A DNA stretch of 64,000 nucleotides from Blepharisma stoltei ATCC 30299 (Eukaryota; Protista; Ciliophora). Positions 1 through 12,170 of this stretch are shown one piece after another. Made by a program: the position numbers and the translations under genes. The number at the start of each line of letters is the position of its first letter. The stretch's first letter is position 1. Location of the stretch: NCBI GenBank assembly GCA_965603825.1, contig CBFDEM010000053.1, positions 186,001 through 250,000 on the forward strand. The letters are read 5' to 3'. Under the pieces are notes generated by a model. The model did no database searches. It saw nothing but the letters and a program-made list of their open reading frames with translations, and was not told the DNA's origin.

Positions 1-1
1 C

Positions 2-631
2 ACTGAGTACATCAAAGTGAAGCCAAAAGGCTTGTTTTTCCATGACTCCTACCACCCCAGTATCACTTTTCTCATTTCTTGGTTTAAGCGGCATTACCAA
101 TCTTCCAGCTATCAAAGCCAATTAAAACGTTCTAAACCTCCAGAAATCGACAGTAGAAACCACTTAGCAGTTCCTGGTAAAGCTGAGCGCCCAATGACTC
201 CAATTCACCGTATGGATAATGACTATATGCCAAGCACTCCTAAAAGAACTCCAGAATATGAAAAAAGTGACTGGAAATCCCAACCAGAAATTATCAAAGA
301 TGAGCCTGATAGAAGAGAAAAAAGATTTGAAAGAGGCAGGGACAGAGGTGGAAGAAGAGGGAAAGGCGAAAGGAGAGAACAGAGAACTTGCCATAAATGT
401 GGAGGAGAAGGACATATTGCGAGAGATTGTCCCAAAACAAGTGGGGAAAAGTGCTTTAACTGTGGAGGCGAAGGGCATTTTGCAAGAGATTGCCCAGAAC
501 AGAAGATGAAAAGGGATGAAGAAACTGCAGGAGGACACCCAGAATGGGAAGATCAATGGGGAGCAGAGGAAACTGCAATGGATATAGAAAAGCCGAGGAA
601 AGTACAAGAAGAAACTGATCCATGGGGGTAA
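2..631 (+). CDS. SPT6: Transcription elongation factor Spt6, 3' end (5'-truncated by window): end of tandem SH2 region, RG-rich linker, two CCHC zinc knuckles, WG-containing tail
   Basis: Frame from base 2 reads [32 protein letters not shown], matching the recalled Spt6 C-SH2 end motif EY.xVxPxG..F.....F..L..WFKxHY; CX2CX4HX4C twice; TAA 629-631. Confidence 0.75.
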   Translation, partial: TEYIKVKPKGLFFHDSYHPSITFLISWFKRHYQSSSYQSQLKRSKPPEIDSRNHLAVPGKAERPMTPIHRMDNDYMPSTPKRTPEYEKSDWKSQPEIIKDEPDRREKRFERGRDRGGRRGKGERREQRTCHKCGGEGHIARDCPKTSGEKCFNCGGEGHFARDCPEQKMKRDEETAGGHPEWEDQWGAEETAMDIEKPRKVQEETDPWG

Positions 632-656
632 TTAAAATATTTATTTTGAATCAAAT

Positions 657-1145
657 TTAAATATTTAATGTCTTTGACGGCCTTGTGCATATGAATCTCT
701 TAATTGGTGTAGCTGTTAGTTCACGCATAGCATCTATCTCATCGTTATCAAAATCAGCAGACTTAAAAATATTGTTTCTCTTAGCTGAAAAATTAGGAAC
801 ATTGCAAACACAAGTAAGCTCGTTAATGTCTTTGCAGGTATCATTAATTTCTTCTTTTATAGGAATATCAGAAACAGTGTGCCTGTGATAAATTTTTGGT
901 GAATGAGAATTTGAGTTTATCTCATAGAGATGCCAAGGAGAAATACTTTTAGTGGGACTGTCAATCTTTTGTTTTTTTGATTTTTCTTTTCTTATATGGT
1001 AGAATGCACGTTCTGCCTTTAAAGAAGATAGCCTTATAGGAGTGAAATTTCTGACTGTGGTTATACTGCGATAGAAGGTCTTGGGTGTGGATGATAATTC
1101 ATCATTATAATATTTTTGCTTATTCATTTTATCGTGGTGGAGCAT
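657..1145 (-). CDS. Hypothetical protein (162 aa)
   Basis: ATG-TAA ORF with coding-like composition, convergent with Spt6 (25-bp gap); no domain recognised. Confidence 0.6.
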   Translation of the reverse strand: MLHHDKMNKQKYYNDELSSTPKTFYRSITTVRNFTPIRLSSLKAERAFYHIRKEKSKKQKIDSPTKSISPWHLYEINSNSHSPKIYHRHTVSDIPIKEEINDTCKDINELTCVCNVPNFSAKRNNIFKSADFDNDEIDAMRELTATPIKRFICTRPSKTLNI

Positions 1146-1957
1146 TTATGCTAATTGAGAAATAATACTAAACTACTTTTTCCCGTCATAGATTTAATGA
1201 AATTTCGGATTAAAAGATCTTTTACTTGCTTCTTTAAATAAATTATTTGCATACATAATTAATGATTGATTATTTATATTGGAAATATATTAAATTTTAT
1301 AGGTAGATAGCTGATTAGGTATTTAAAGTTAATACATTTATATAATGATTGCAAGAAATTATGATTATAATTAGTTATAAAATTATTGCAAACCTGAGAA
1401 ATAAGTCAGCTTACCTCCAAATTTTTATTTTTGATAGTCATTATGCTAGATTTTTTATCCTTTAAAGTTTTAGACTTATTGAAATATAAAAAAATTAGAA
1501 AATAGCGTATGCATTGAATTTATAATCTATTGGTTGAATTTTAAAAATTCATGTATTAAATTTGTTTTTTGATGAGTGGTTACATGAATTAAGTGTCTCT
1601 TCAAGGGATAGTCTTCTAAATATCTGAAGAAATTATTCATGTCATTTTGATAATTAAAATTTATTACAGAAATTAATGAAACCAAAGTATTAGATGTTTT
1701 ATCGAAATTCATTCTTATTATATTAAATAAGTATTTACTAAATAGAAAATCACTATTTTGAGAGCCATTATCCTTATTTACTTCTATTAGCCTGTGGTAA
1801 AAATAAATATGTTGCATCATATAAAATTATAAAAAGTCGAAATTCTACGATAGACAAAGCCATGCATATATTATGCTTAATTTTTTGCAATTATTTTTCA
1901 CATCCATATTTCTGTTCAAATTAATCATTCATTACATTCAGTATTTAATAACATAAT

Positions 1958-2656
1958 ATGAGACAAGGAAATCCAGTATTTGTCCCTGAGATCACAGGCT
2001 ATGATCAATATAGTGTTCTAACAATTTATATTCTTTATTCAATTACAAAGATCATTACTATATTGACAATTAAAGACACTTACCAGTCTAAGTGTGTTTT
2101 GGACCTAGGCGTCTATTTAGTCCTATACTCAACAATCGAGCTGTTTGATGTTTTTTTATTATGCGCGCTCTTTATACGAAAATATTTTCACTTGGAGCAC
2201 CCTCCTAAAATGCTCGTATTCTCTATACAATTAAGCACAGAGACGTAAGATTTATTTAGATTTCGAATTATGATATTAGTGGTAGCAACTATTGATTTAA
2301 TAAAAGAAATTGAATGCCTTCATGGTGCTATCGAAATTCTTGTCGCTGCTTTAGTATGCAGCGAAATTTTGAAAATTCTGTTATTAATCAAGCCAGCCCA
2401 TAACTTTTTAAATACAGTTATTTCAGCCGCTTCTTATGAGTATTTTGACGACATCACTTTTGTACCGCATGTAAATTTGGAGCCATACTTGAAGCTAGAA
2501 GTTAGTGACGGGTTTTGTGCAATTTGTCTTAGTAGTCAAAAAACCGACGAAAAATGAGTAGGGTTACCATGCAAGCATGATTTTCATCACATTTGTATGA
2601 AAACGTGAGTAACATATAAAAATAGCTGTCCAGTTTGCAGAAGTCTAGTAGCCTAA
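1958..2656 (+). CDS. Multi-pass membrane RING-H2 E3 ligase, paralogue A (1 intron, 2 TGA codons)
   Basis: Splicing 2245-2259 gives ETFRIMILV, collinear with paralogue B ETFRIVILL; C-terminal CAIC...CKHDFHHIC.KT(W=TGA)..CPVCR; TAA 2654-2656. Confidence 0.9.
2245..2259 (+). other. 15-nt spliceosomal intron
   Basis: gtaagatttatttag; contains in-frame TAA; removal restores alignment to the intronless paralogue. Confidence 0.92.
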
Positions 2657-4098
2657 CATATATAGTTTAATGAAAATTTTCAAATAATAGTCAAATAATA
2701 AAATAAATAAATCCATAAAAATTATACATAAAAATTTCACCAAGGTAATATACAATTATTTAGTATTGCAAGCATATCCAAGCAAAACAACAAGTATGTT
2801 TAGTTGCTAATAAACACTTAATCAAAAAACTAAAATTATATTAGATAATTTTGCCATAAAATTTACTATTTACTATATTCTATTTTATTATCAGAATAAG
2901 CTAAAAACATTATATTGGCATATTTTCAAACAAATAAGCTCCAATCTTCCAAGAAAGTGAAATAGATGAATGATCTCATAATTTAACTTAATAAATAAAT
3001 CTGTGGAATGCAGAAATGTAATAAAAAATAATTTTGATCAGCTGCTGACGACTTGACTATGAAAGATGTTTGTTATGAAACGGTTTCATACTTAGCAAAT
3101 TTTTGATTCAATCTATATTTGAGTAATACATTATAAAATTTTTTATTCAAATCATTTTCAGAATTAAAAAAATATCGAAAAAATTTAAGTTTCGGAAGAA
3201 TGCCTAAAAATCATTCTTAATTAAATTTTTGATTATATGAATTAAAATTCATTGTGTAAATATTTACAGAGTTTATAAAAACTCTTTTGGAGGTTCAAAC
3301 CTCCTTGAAATCAGCAGAGCAGCTCCTTTCAGCATTTTTAAGCCAACGTGTCAGGATGCTGCAATCCGCTTAATTCATTAGAAGAGCAATTACTTCAAGC
3401 TATTCGTGGCCTAGGCATAGATGCTTATGGATTGAGATTTAAAATAAGATTGATGATAAATTATAAGTGAAAATTTGGAAATTTTTAAGGAAAAAGATTT
3501 GTTTTAGAAGGGGTGCTAATGCTAAATAATAGTAATAGTTAAACTCATTCTTAAAAATTTATAGATAAACAAATTTTTCAGGATTTGGCAACCATATTCC
3601 TTAAGCTTTGGGATTGCCAATTTTTAGTGATAAACTAAATTTTACTGTTTTCTGCCTTAGGTATTTCTCAATCTAATTTCTAATTTAAAATAATTAACAG
3701 AATCTTGGAAATAAAAATTTCTTTCCAAAATCAAAATTTCATTTAGATTAGAATGAGAAAATTCTTCAATAATCCTTTCATTAAGCGCACACTCAATCAC
3801 GATTTTTATTTCTATTTGAATTTTTGCTTTTTGTGTGAAAACGAAGAAATAAAATTAAGCTAAAAATTTTAAAGCCATCCTATTATAAAATTAAATAGAT
3901 AAAAAGCAAGGTAATTCGCTAAAATGATAAACAACTATCGGTGATCTCGATCAGTACTATAGACTGGTTTATAGCCCGATCGAACTCCTTAATTAAAAAT
4001 AACTCTGTAATTTTCTAATAAACACAATTTTATTAATTTTTTGCTTGCCCTAATAGAACATTTTTTTTTCAGTAATCATCTGTAATAAAAAACATAAT

Positions 4099-4782
4099 AT
4101 GATACAAGCAAACCAAGCGATAAACCAAGAAATCTCAGGCTACAACAAATATAGCGTCCTAATTATATATATTATCTACTCAATTGCAAAAATTACTACT
4201 ATTCTTCAAATGCAGGGCAGCTATAGCTCTAGATGCGTGCTTGACCTAAGTGCATACTTAGTTTTATATACTACAACTGAAATTTTTGATACATTCTTAT
4301 TTTGCATGCTCTTAGTACTGAAATTCTTTCGCTTAGAGCAACCACCAAAAATTTTCGTATTATCAATTCAACTAGGAATGGAAACTTTCCGAATTGTTAT
4401 TTTACTAGTAGCATCAGTTGTTCTCATAGAAGAAATAGATTGCCTTCAAACCCCAGTAGAAATCCTTGGGATAGTTTTAGTTCTTAGCGAAATTTTGAAA
4501 ATTTTATTTCTTATTAAGCCCTGCCGAAACTTTTGGAAGGAAATTATGTCCGTGACTTCTTATGAATATTTCGATGAAATAGCAAAACATCCTCATGTAA
4601 ATTTGGAGCCATATCTTAAGTCAAATGTTAACGATAAGTTTTGTGCAATTTGTTTAGATGATACAAAGACAGAAGAGAAAAGAGTGGTTTTGGCATGCAA
4701 TCACAGCTTTCATTTCGTTTGTATAAATACCTGGACGACTTATAAAAGCAGTTGCCCAGTTTGTAGAGCTTCAATAATCTAA
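4099..4782 (+). CDS. Multi-pass membrane RING-H2 E3 ligase, paralogue B (intronless, 227 aa)
   Basis: Hydrophobic N-terminal helices; CAIC..CNHSFHFVCINTW..CPVCR RING-H2; collinear with 1958-2656. Confidence 0.92.
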   Translation: MIQANQAINQEISGYNKYSVLIIYIIYSIAKITTILQMQGSYSSRCVLDLSAYLVLYTTTEIFDTFLFCMLLVLKFFRLEQPPKIFVLSIQLGMETFRIVILLVASVVLIEEIDCLQTPVEILGIVLVLSEILKILFLIKPCRNFWKEIMSVTSYEYFDEIAKHPHVNLEPYLKSNVNDKFCAICLDDTKTEEKRVVLACNHSFHFVCINTWTTYKSSCPVCRASII

Positions 4783-5355
4783 CCGTAAAATAATGTACAT
4801 TGAAAAATTAAACAATTTTTTTGAATAATTACTAAAAAAGAAACATAAATACATAGAATTCTTCTTGAGTTTTACTTTTACTGCTTTCCAATATAAATAT
4901 GATAGCAAGCAATTATTAATTAGCTTTATTAGAGAGAATTTTATATTCAAATACTCCTTTTACTACCATATGAATTGATAGATTAATGAGAAAAAAAAAC
5001 TTATAATAACAGGAAATAAAAAAGAAAAGAAATGCTTACAAAATTCTATATCATAGTTTATTTAGCAAAAAAAAGGAAACCAGAAGGAAATATATGTATA
5101 GAGATGCTAAATATGTAATGCATATTTCTAATTTCATTTAAATTATGGTTTATATATTTCAATAATGATGAATTGCAAAAAAGTTTTTCCTTTATGGAAT
5201 TATGAATCAGTAATTTATTAAAATTTATCAAACAATCTTGAATACATCATTCGAAGTTTTCTTTATTGATATTTATCATCTTTACAATGTTATAATGACT
5301 TCAATAAATTTACTGCTTTAAACTTATAAGCCATATACTTAGTAAATGTAAAGTA

Positions 5356-7126
5356 TTAATAATAAAGTCTATCGAACTTAGATTTTTTATTCTTCTCTGT
5401 AGTGTCCTCCACTCTTGCCATTTCCCAATTTATCCTTTCATTTGTAGACAGCAAACTGGTTAATCCAAATTCTCTTTCTTTTTCAGATCTTGATTTTTGT
5501 ATAGACAACTTGCCTTCAAGCATCCTATCCTCAGAATATTTTTCATCAAAACTAAATTGTGTCAGCCCAAGCGTTCCCATTATTTTCCCATAAATATTAA
5601 AATAATTTGTAATGCAAAATACAATTAATAGCAAAGGAAATCATATGGCAAAATCATTTCCTAATACTGGGACTAAATCAATAACTTTCATAACCTTGAA
5701 AAATTCGCAGTTTTTTTCTTTTATAAATAAAAAAAAATTATACGCTAAAGGGGTTGTCAGCCTTGCTAAGATGCAGGCACTTCATACAAGATTGCTTGGG
5801 TCTGTATGATTATTTGGGTAAAGCCCATATGATCCTGATAGCCTTAGATTGAATAAGGCATAATAAGAGCATAAAATTATATAAAGAAGTGGGATGAGGA
5901 CTAAGATTTGTATGGAATAAGCACCTTGTGCTTTCTGTATTAATAATGGGAAAAGTCCTATTGGATTCTGAATGAATAAAGTGGATTCTCCTAATACAAT
6001 AAGAATGCTCATGATTCCAAATAAAATACCTAGTAATCGGCAGAAAATTGGCTTAACTCTGGTCAGCCAAATTCATCCAATAAGTTCTTGGGTCCTGACA
6101 CATTTCCCAGTCCTTTGTGGGAGAATAGCAGAAATTATTTTTCTTTGTGTACTGTTATAAGATTGTGCTATATCTTCTAATAATATAGCTTCTTCTATTA
6201 ACTGATTATATCTAAATTTTGTTCTTTCTAGCTCAGAGATAGTTTTTTTAAGATCCTGATGAAGCTCAGCCAATCTTTGTTCAGATAAATTTCCAAGTTT
6301 ATTCATGCTATCTCTTGATATATGAATTCTATTTCCCTTAATATTTTCGACAGATTCTTGTGGACATCTTAAAAAAATGATTTCAAGATATTGCTTTAAA
6401 GGAGAAAATTCAGAAATTTGATGAGAAGCAGCATTAATAAGCTTGATAATTTCATCAAGTTGATGGTTTACTTCTGTTATGCACTCTTCAAAAGTGGTTG
6501 CTTTAACATATAAACTTTTAAGATATTCTTCCGTATTTCCTGAATTTCAAAAGGACCTTGGTACTGCTATCAATCCGTAGCCTAGTAGCACAATTATTAA
6601 AAACAGCCCCCAGCAGTTACTCAAAATTATCATAAAAACAGGCAGAGTTTTTCTATATAAAATTTACACTGTAAGACGCCCTTCAATAAGTAAAAAAATA
6701 ACTAGAGCTAGCCCAAATGCCCCTGCAAAAATCATGCTTCTAGCTTGACGGTATAAAGTTGCTCGCATTCTACTAATAAAAGAAAAATTCCCAGAGATCT
6801 CGTATTCCTGAATAAGTGGAAGAATAAACCTATTATAAATGCTACCAGCAAAGAGCAAAAACAGTTCAATATACTGAAAGTCACACAGATCTCATTAAAT
6901 CTGCTTCCTGCTGAGAATCATATTCACTGTTTGTTTTACCCTAGCTAGAACATACTAAATAGATATCATAAGGAATTAACGCAACAATAGCGAATCCTAA
7001 AAAATAGCCGATAAATGAGAAAAAATACACATAAAAAGCTGTGGATTTAGATGCGTATGTGTATATTATAAACCAGCTCAAAAAGCAAGCTAAAAGTAAA
7101 AGTCCCCAGGTCAAAAAGTTGATCAT
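5356..7126 (-). CDS. LMBR1-domain membrane protein (LMBRD2-like), 3 introns
   Basis: Spliced, TGA=Trp translation gives YWTVFALCWFILPLIQEYEISGNF and [25 protein letters not shown], typical LMBR1-family motifs. Confidence 0.88.
6653..6667 (-). other. 15-nt intron
   Basis: Reverse complement gtaaattttatatag; removes in-frame stop. Confidence 0.9.
6830..6845 (-). other. 16-nt intron
   Basis: Reverse complement gtagcatttataatag; needed to join ALCW|FILP in frame. Confidence 0.85.
6941..6955 (-). other. 15-nt intron
   Basis: Reverse complement gtatgttctagctag; removes in-frame TAG. Confidence 0.88.
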
Positions 7127-7185
7127 ATTTATTCACTTTATATGATTTAATATAAACGCCAACAAAATTCTTATAGAATTATATT

Positions 7186-7725
7186 TTATGTCCAGGCGAT
7201 CGGATATGTAACAGTTTTCCCTAATAGCCCTTCATCAGTATCAGTCCCAAAACTTGGATTTTCATATCCTTGGCTTATGAAATTTTTTGTACTTGAGGAA
7301 GTAGCGACTGTCAGCCCAAGCTCATTAGCGATTTCATAAGGAGTTTTCCCAGCCTATATAATTAATACAAAATTTTTTAATGAATCTATTGATCCCGCAT
7401 CAATCAATTCTTGATAAATTTCATAATTTCCGCGTAGAGCTGCCAAATGAAGGGGAGTTTCTCCATGAATATCTTGCAATGATGTGTCAGCTCCCATACG
7501 GATTAATGCTGAGGCTGTTTCATTTTTTCTGAGCCAAACGGCAAGATGAAGGTAACTTCAAGAATTCTGAATTTTTCTTACAAACTCGATTCTTTCATTA
7601 AGATCGGTTAAGGAAAAAGGATAGCTGTGGTCATTTTGTAGGATTGCTTCGAGGTTATGCAGCTTCTATATATTTTTTACCGTTTTTGGGTATTGCTTTT
7701 TACAAAGTGAGCATAGTATTCCCAT
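7186..7725 (-). CDS. Small ankyrin-repeat protein with probable N-terminal acylation motif (MGILCSLCKK); 2-3 introns
   Basis: Absent from the ORF track; after splicing reads SYLHLAVW...GADTSLQDIHGETPLHLAALRGNYEIYQELIDAG...AGKTPYEIA (ankyrin motifs). Confidence 0.85.
7354..7368 (-). other. 15-nt intron
   Basis: Reverse complement gtattaattatatag; removes in-frame TAG. Confidence 0.88.
7567..7581 (-). other. Probable 15-nt intron (in-frame, no stop)
   Basis: Reverse complement gtaagaaaaattcag fits the consensus but is not forced by a stop. Confidence 0.55.
7666..7680 (-). other. 15-nt intron
   Basis: Reverse complement gtaaaaaatatatag; removes in-frame TAG. Confidence 0.88.
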
Positions 7726-8360
7726 TTATTCTCTTGCTCTAATATCGTATAAACAATTTTTAAAATAGGCGGATACTTATTAAATTTGCATTAAATAGAC
7801 ATTTTAATAATTGATAAAGATTAAAGATACATTTTCTTAAATTTTTATTTTAAAAATTCTGAAATTGCTAAATATATTTCTAAAATATTTTATTAATTAA
7901 GCACATAGTTACACTTTATGTTTTAAATAATTTCTTGTTGATATTTTTATAAAACTGATACATAAACATATTTAAATTATTTCTTTAGAAACACCGCAAT
8001 TCTAAAATCCTTAAAGCCAATAAATGTTTTCTTTTTACATTACTATTAGTCTAACACTTCATTCCTTCCATTTTTTGGATTTAGCATTTGTAACAGTTAT
8101 CCCATTAAATAAAAAGTATAACGTTCACTCTTTAAATTGCTATAACTTAGCCGCTCTCTTTTCCACCATTTTATATGTTACATCATCAATAAAAAAATTG
8201 ATAAGTCCTTTGTCAAGTCTTTTTTCAGAGTCAGTTTATGCTGGCTGAGCGTTTATCTAGTTAATTTAATCATATCTATTATAAATAATTGTTATCTCTC
8301 AACATAGAGAATGTTATAATAGAGCTTCAATTTTTTGAAAAAGGATTTAAGTTATTTCTA

Positions 8361-8687
8361 CTAGTTCATATGATCTTCTTTAATGTGCGCTCCTGCCTTG
8401 TCCATAAATGATGCAAGTCACACTTGCCCATTTGTCAATTCTTGTGATGGCTCAGGAGGGAATTTAATAGCGACTTTATTGTGGAGTAGAGACCAAGCCG
8501 GCGGGCATTGGTGCTTGGCAGCGATTTTACCCACAATATCGACAAAGTCCCAAGCTTCTTTGGAATTATTAAAGTGAAAAGTTTTTCTTAATTCGGAAGA
8601 GTCGTTCGATACATGCCAGGAAGGAAGAAACGATTTAATTTCCTTAAGCTGGCTGATAGTGACTTGGGACGTAAATTTTCTTAGCAT
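8361..8687 (-). CDS. Pterin-4-alpha-carbinolamine dehydratase (PCD/DCoH)-like protein
   Basis: LPSW...LRKTFHFNNSKEAWDFVDIVGKIA pattern; TGA at 8418-8420 read through to LASFMDK; TAG 8361-8363. Confidence 0.75.
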
Positions 8688-9650
8688 TTTTATTATTATC
8701 ACCATTTCATATTGTTGAGTCTAATAACGAATATTTTCTAAGCATTTTATTAGACTGAAGTAATTATTCCGAGCGTTTCTTATAAAAAATATTAAAAATC
8801 AGCAAACAAAATTCCATCCCTAAAGGAACTTTATCGAAATTTTATTTTTGTATTCGACGATTTTTTATTGATCCGAACTCAACAATAAAATTTCTGCAAA
8901 AGAATTCGGTCTTTTAAATGATGAGTTTGCTGTAATTGAGAATGTTTTAATAGTTGATAAAGCTCATAACTCAAAAATTATTATCTCGCCATTTGACTTT
9001 ACATAATAGCATTACATTAAATTTAATTGCTTAAATCCTAGCCATCTCTGATCCGCCTCTAGATATGGGCACAACTCATAACGAGAATTTTTCTATCCCT
9101 GATTGTTCGTGAAGTCTGTCAACTGAACCATTCCGTTTAGTTTTGTGAAGCCATTTGATAATCTAAAAAACCGGGAAGCATTAGCGCCTTTGTGACTTTC
9201 AAGAAGGGAAATAGGCTAAGCACAATACCTGAAAGAATGCGAAGTAAAATTAATGCAATTGCTTCCCATTTAAAAATACATAAAATATAAAAATAAAATT
9301 TAGGTGTGTAAATTCAAAGTTTTTTATGGTTTCCATGATGGCAAGCTGCATTATAATTTTATTGATAATATTTAATTTATGAATAAGAGATAAATAAGTG
9401 AATTTTTAAGTTAGCTGCCTTGATAATCTGCTTTTTAATTAAATATGAAAAGAGGGGGAAATTATTTGTCATGATACTATAAGTCAAAAGAACGAGTAGT
9501 ATGTTATTTTACTAATGAATGCTAAAGATTTATAAATATTAAATTAAATCGATTAAAAAAAATACAGATAAATAGTTATTTTGGCAATAAAACTTAAAAA
9601 TTCAATTATAGATAAAGATCAGATTAAATAATACTTAAGTATTTTACATT

Positions 9651-11900
9651 TTACCTCAGCATCCTAGACATCAGCTTGCTATCCATCAAGCTCTGCTTTC
9701 TATAAAGTTGCATGAAATCCTTCGTTGAAGATGCATTTAAATCGCTCACTAACTCTAAACTAAACTTTCTTGTCCTTATTTTATCTTCCCAATAAGTCAA
9801 ATTGCTATGGACTTGCACAAGAACATTTTTATTAATTTCCTCGTTATCCAAAAATCCACATCATATATCAAACGATGGAACACAGATAAACCGTAAAAAT
9901 CCAGACTGATTTTTCGCAATATCACTGTTACTTCTATCACAATAAGCAGATACCTGCTGGCCTCTTTCTTTTTCTAAGTCTCCTTGCCTATAAAACTCTT
10001 CACAAATAAGATTTGTCCATTTTTCATGCAATTCAATATTCTTTGCACTGTGACCTATGTCAGCACATTTTAAAGCCATGCATAGGATTATGACTTTATC
10101 GTCAAAGTTATCGAATGATAAATCACATAGACACTGAGCTCTCATTTTGAATCTTCCAAAGCACTCAAAATGCTTTGACATGTCAGTATCTAAAATCATT
10201 TTAATAATTAATTTTCTCGCTTTAAACCAATCTTCAGTTTTTAATCCTCCAAAAATATTGCAATCCTCATTGCTCATAATTCTAAAGATTTTGGCAATAT
10301 GCATGTTTTCAAGGACACTATCATCATTATAGCTCAGTGACAATTCATGTTTATTGTTTATCAAAAATCTGTTTGATAAAGCAGGATGCCCCACATCATG
10401 TCCAGCTGCAGCTATAATAGAAGCCATAGTATCAAGAGGTGTTATATTTTTTATAATATCACTTTGCATATAGAAATAAAATAGCGAATGCAGTACATCT
10501 GCTGCATGGCAAGCATTGTGGTAAGGATTTTGGAAGTAATTCTAAATATTTCTTACAGTTTCCAAAGTCTTGAAAAATCTTATTTCAGTTTCCTCTAAAA
10601 TGCTGAAGGTTTCTGCTAATCCTCATAGTTGGAAAAAATATTTACAGATTGTCGATAAGCTTTCGTTTGTCACTTGAAATAAAAATCATACGTCAAAATT
10701 CCAATTCACTCCAAGGCCAGACAACAATTGATGGCCTGGAAAACTTTCCAGTTTTACTTGTTGTTTCACTAAATTTACTTTGAGAAAAGAGCTTCCTATA
10801 TTGCTAGGATCAGCTGTAATCATAAACTGCTGCTTGAGATAATCTTTGTCTTCCTGATCAAATTCAACATTTTTAGCGAACTTCGGGTCTTTTAAAAATG
10901 TATTGTGAGCAATTTGCCGCTTAAGTTTTTCAACTTCATTTATAGCACTTTTAAGGGTATTTTTTACATCTTTGAACATAATCACTGATTTTGCTGATTT
11001 TATTTGCTCAAGTACTTTGTCACATGATGAGTACATTAATTCGATTTCTGTATTTACATAAGCTTGGCCTGATTTTGTGCTATCAATTAACGCTGAGACT
11101 GTATCAAGTTTTTCTTCTTCTTTTAGTTTTCTTCAAAATAAAATTTTAGCTCGATATTCAGTCTGATAGGTTTCTATCGATTTTATTGATAAGAAAATAA
11201 AAATTACCAGCATTTCACTAAGATTTGTAAAAATTGACAAAGATGAAACCGTCAAGAAAAGAGATAATAGTAAGACCACACAAAATAGTGAAAGCAAACT
11301 GAAATACCGAAAAGTGTCAAAGAAAAGATCTTTTAAAAAAATCATAAAGCATACCAAAATCATCATTTGTGACTGGTGATTTTTAGAATAATCGTTACCT
11401 GTAATTTGAGATAAAACTCTTTCATCTGAAATAATAAAAAAAGTGATGCAGAGAAGGCCAAATATGAAAAATATCATTTGATTGTGATGGAGAACCCAAG
11501 TTGATTTTCATAAGAAATAAAGGATCAAAATGCTGATGCAAGCCATAAAAATCAAAAAAATTAGCCGAAAAATCAAATGATCATAGGTTTGTTCCCCTTC
11601 GTTATAGAGTAAGCATAAAGTAGTTATAGTAATGATAAAGTAGCCGATTAGAAATATATAAAAATATGTTAAAGTTCCTTTAAGCTCATTTGAAGGTGCA
11701 TTTTTCGCTGTTTTGCTGCAAAATAAAGTCTGGTTGTATTTGAAGTTCATTTCCTTGTCATGATACGTTAGTATTTCTGTATTAAGAGGAACGAATATAT
11801 TTTCTTGTTCTTCATGATCCAAAATACTGTAAATAGAAGGCTTAATTTGGTATTGGATTGGTGGATCTGATTTTTCATAGTTGATTGATTTGCAATTCAT
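9651..11900 (-). CDS. Class I 3',5'-cyclic nucleotide phosphodiesterase with N-terminal transmembrane segments (1 intron; alternative start 11933)
   Basis: NPYHNACHAADV, HDVGHP, LENMH, TDMSKH, KCADIGH, EEFYRQGD motifs; ORF pieces join in frame across TGAs. Confidence 0.93.
10542..10556 (-). other. 15-nt intron
   Basis: Reverse complement gtaagaaatatttag; removes in-frame TAG before NYFQNPYHN. Confidence 0.88.
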
Positions 11901-12170
11901 TGCTACAAAATATTTTAAAAGAATAATAAACATTTAAATTCAGTGCCTATACAATTTTGCGGATGTTAATTAAGCAAGAATTTTATAAATGGAGATTTTA
12001 GATAAGATTTAGCATATCCTGCACTATATGGAAAAAATTGATTAACGTTTATAAATAAAGACGTTAGTATCTTTAATAAATTATTATGGTTTATTTATTG
12101 ATGATTTAATAGCTTTATTATGAAAATTCTGCTTTAAAATAGAAATTATTTAAAATTTTGGTTAAAAATA

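Noticed and set aside
1527-1820. 97-aa minus-strand ORF
   Set aside because: Very AT-rich, N/F/I/K-biased intergenic composition with no domain
9030-9270. Possible small minus-strand gene
   Set aside because: Higher GC, but no ATG-initiated frame survives TAA/TAG even allowing a consensus tiny intron; at most a remnant
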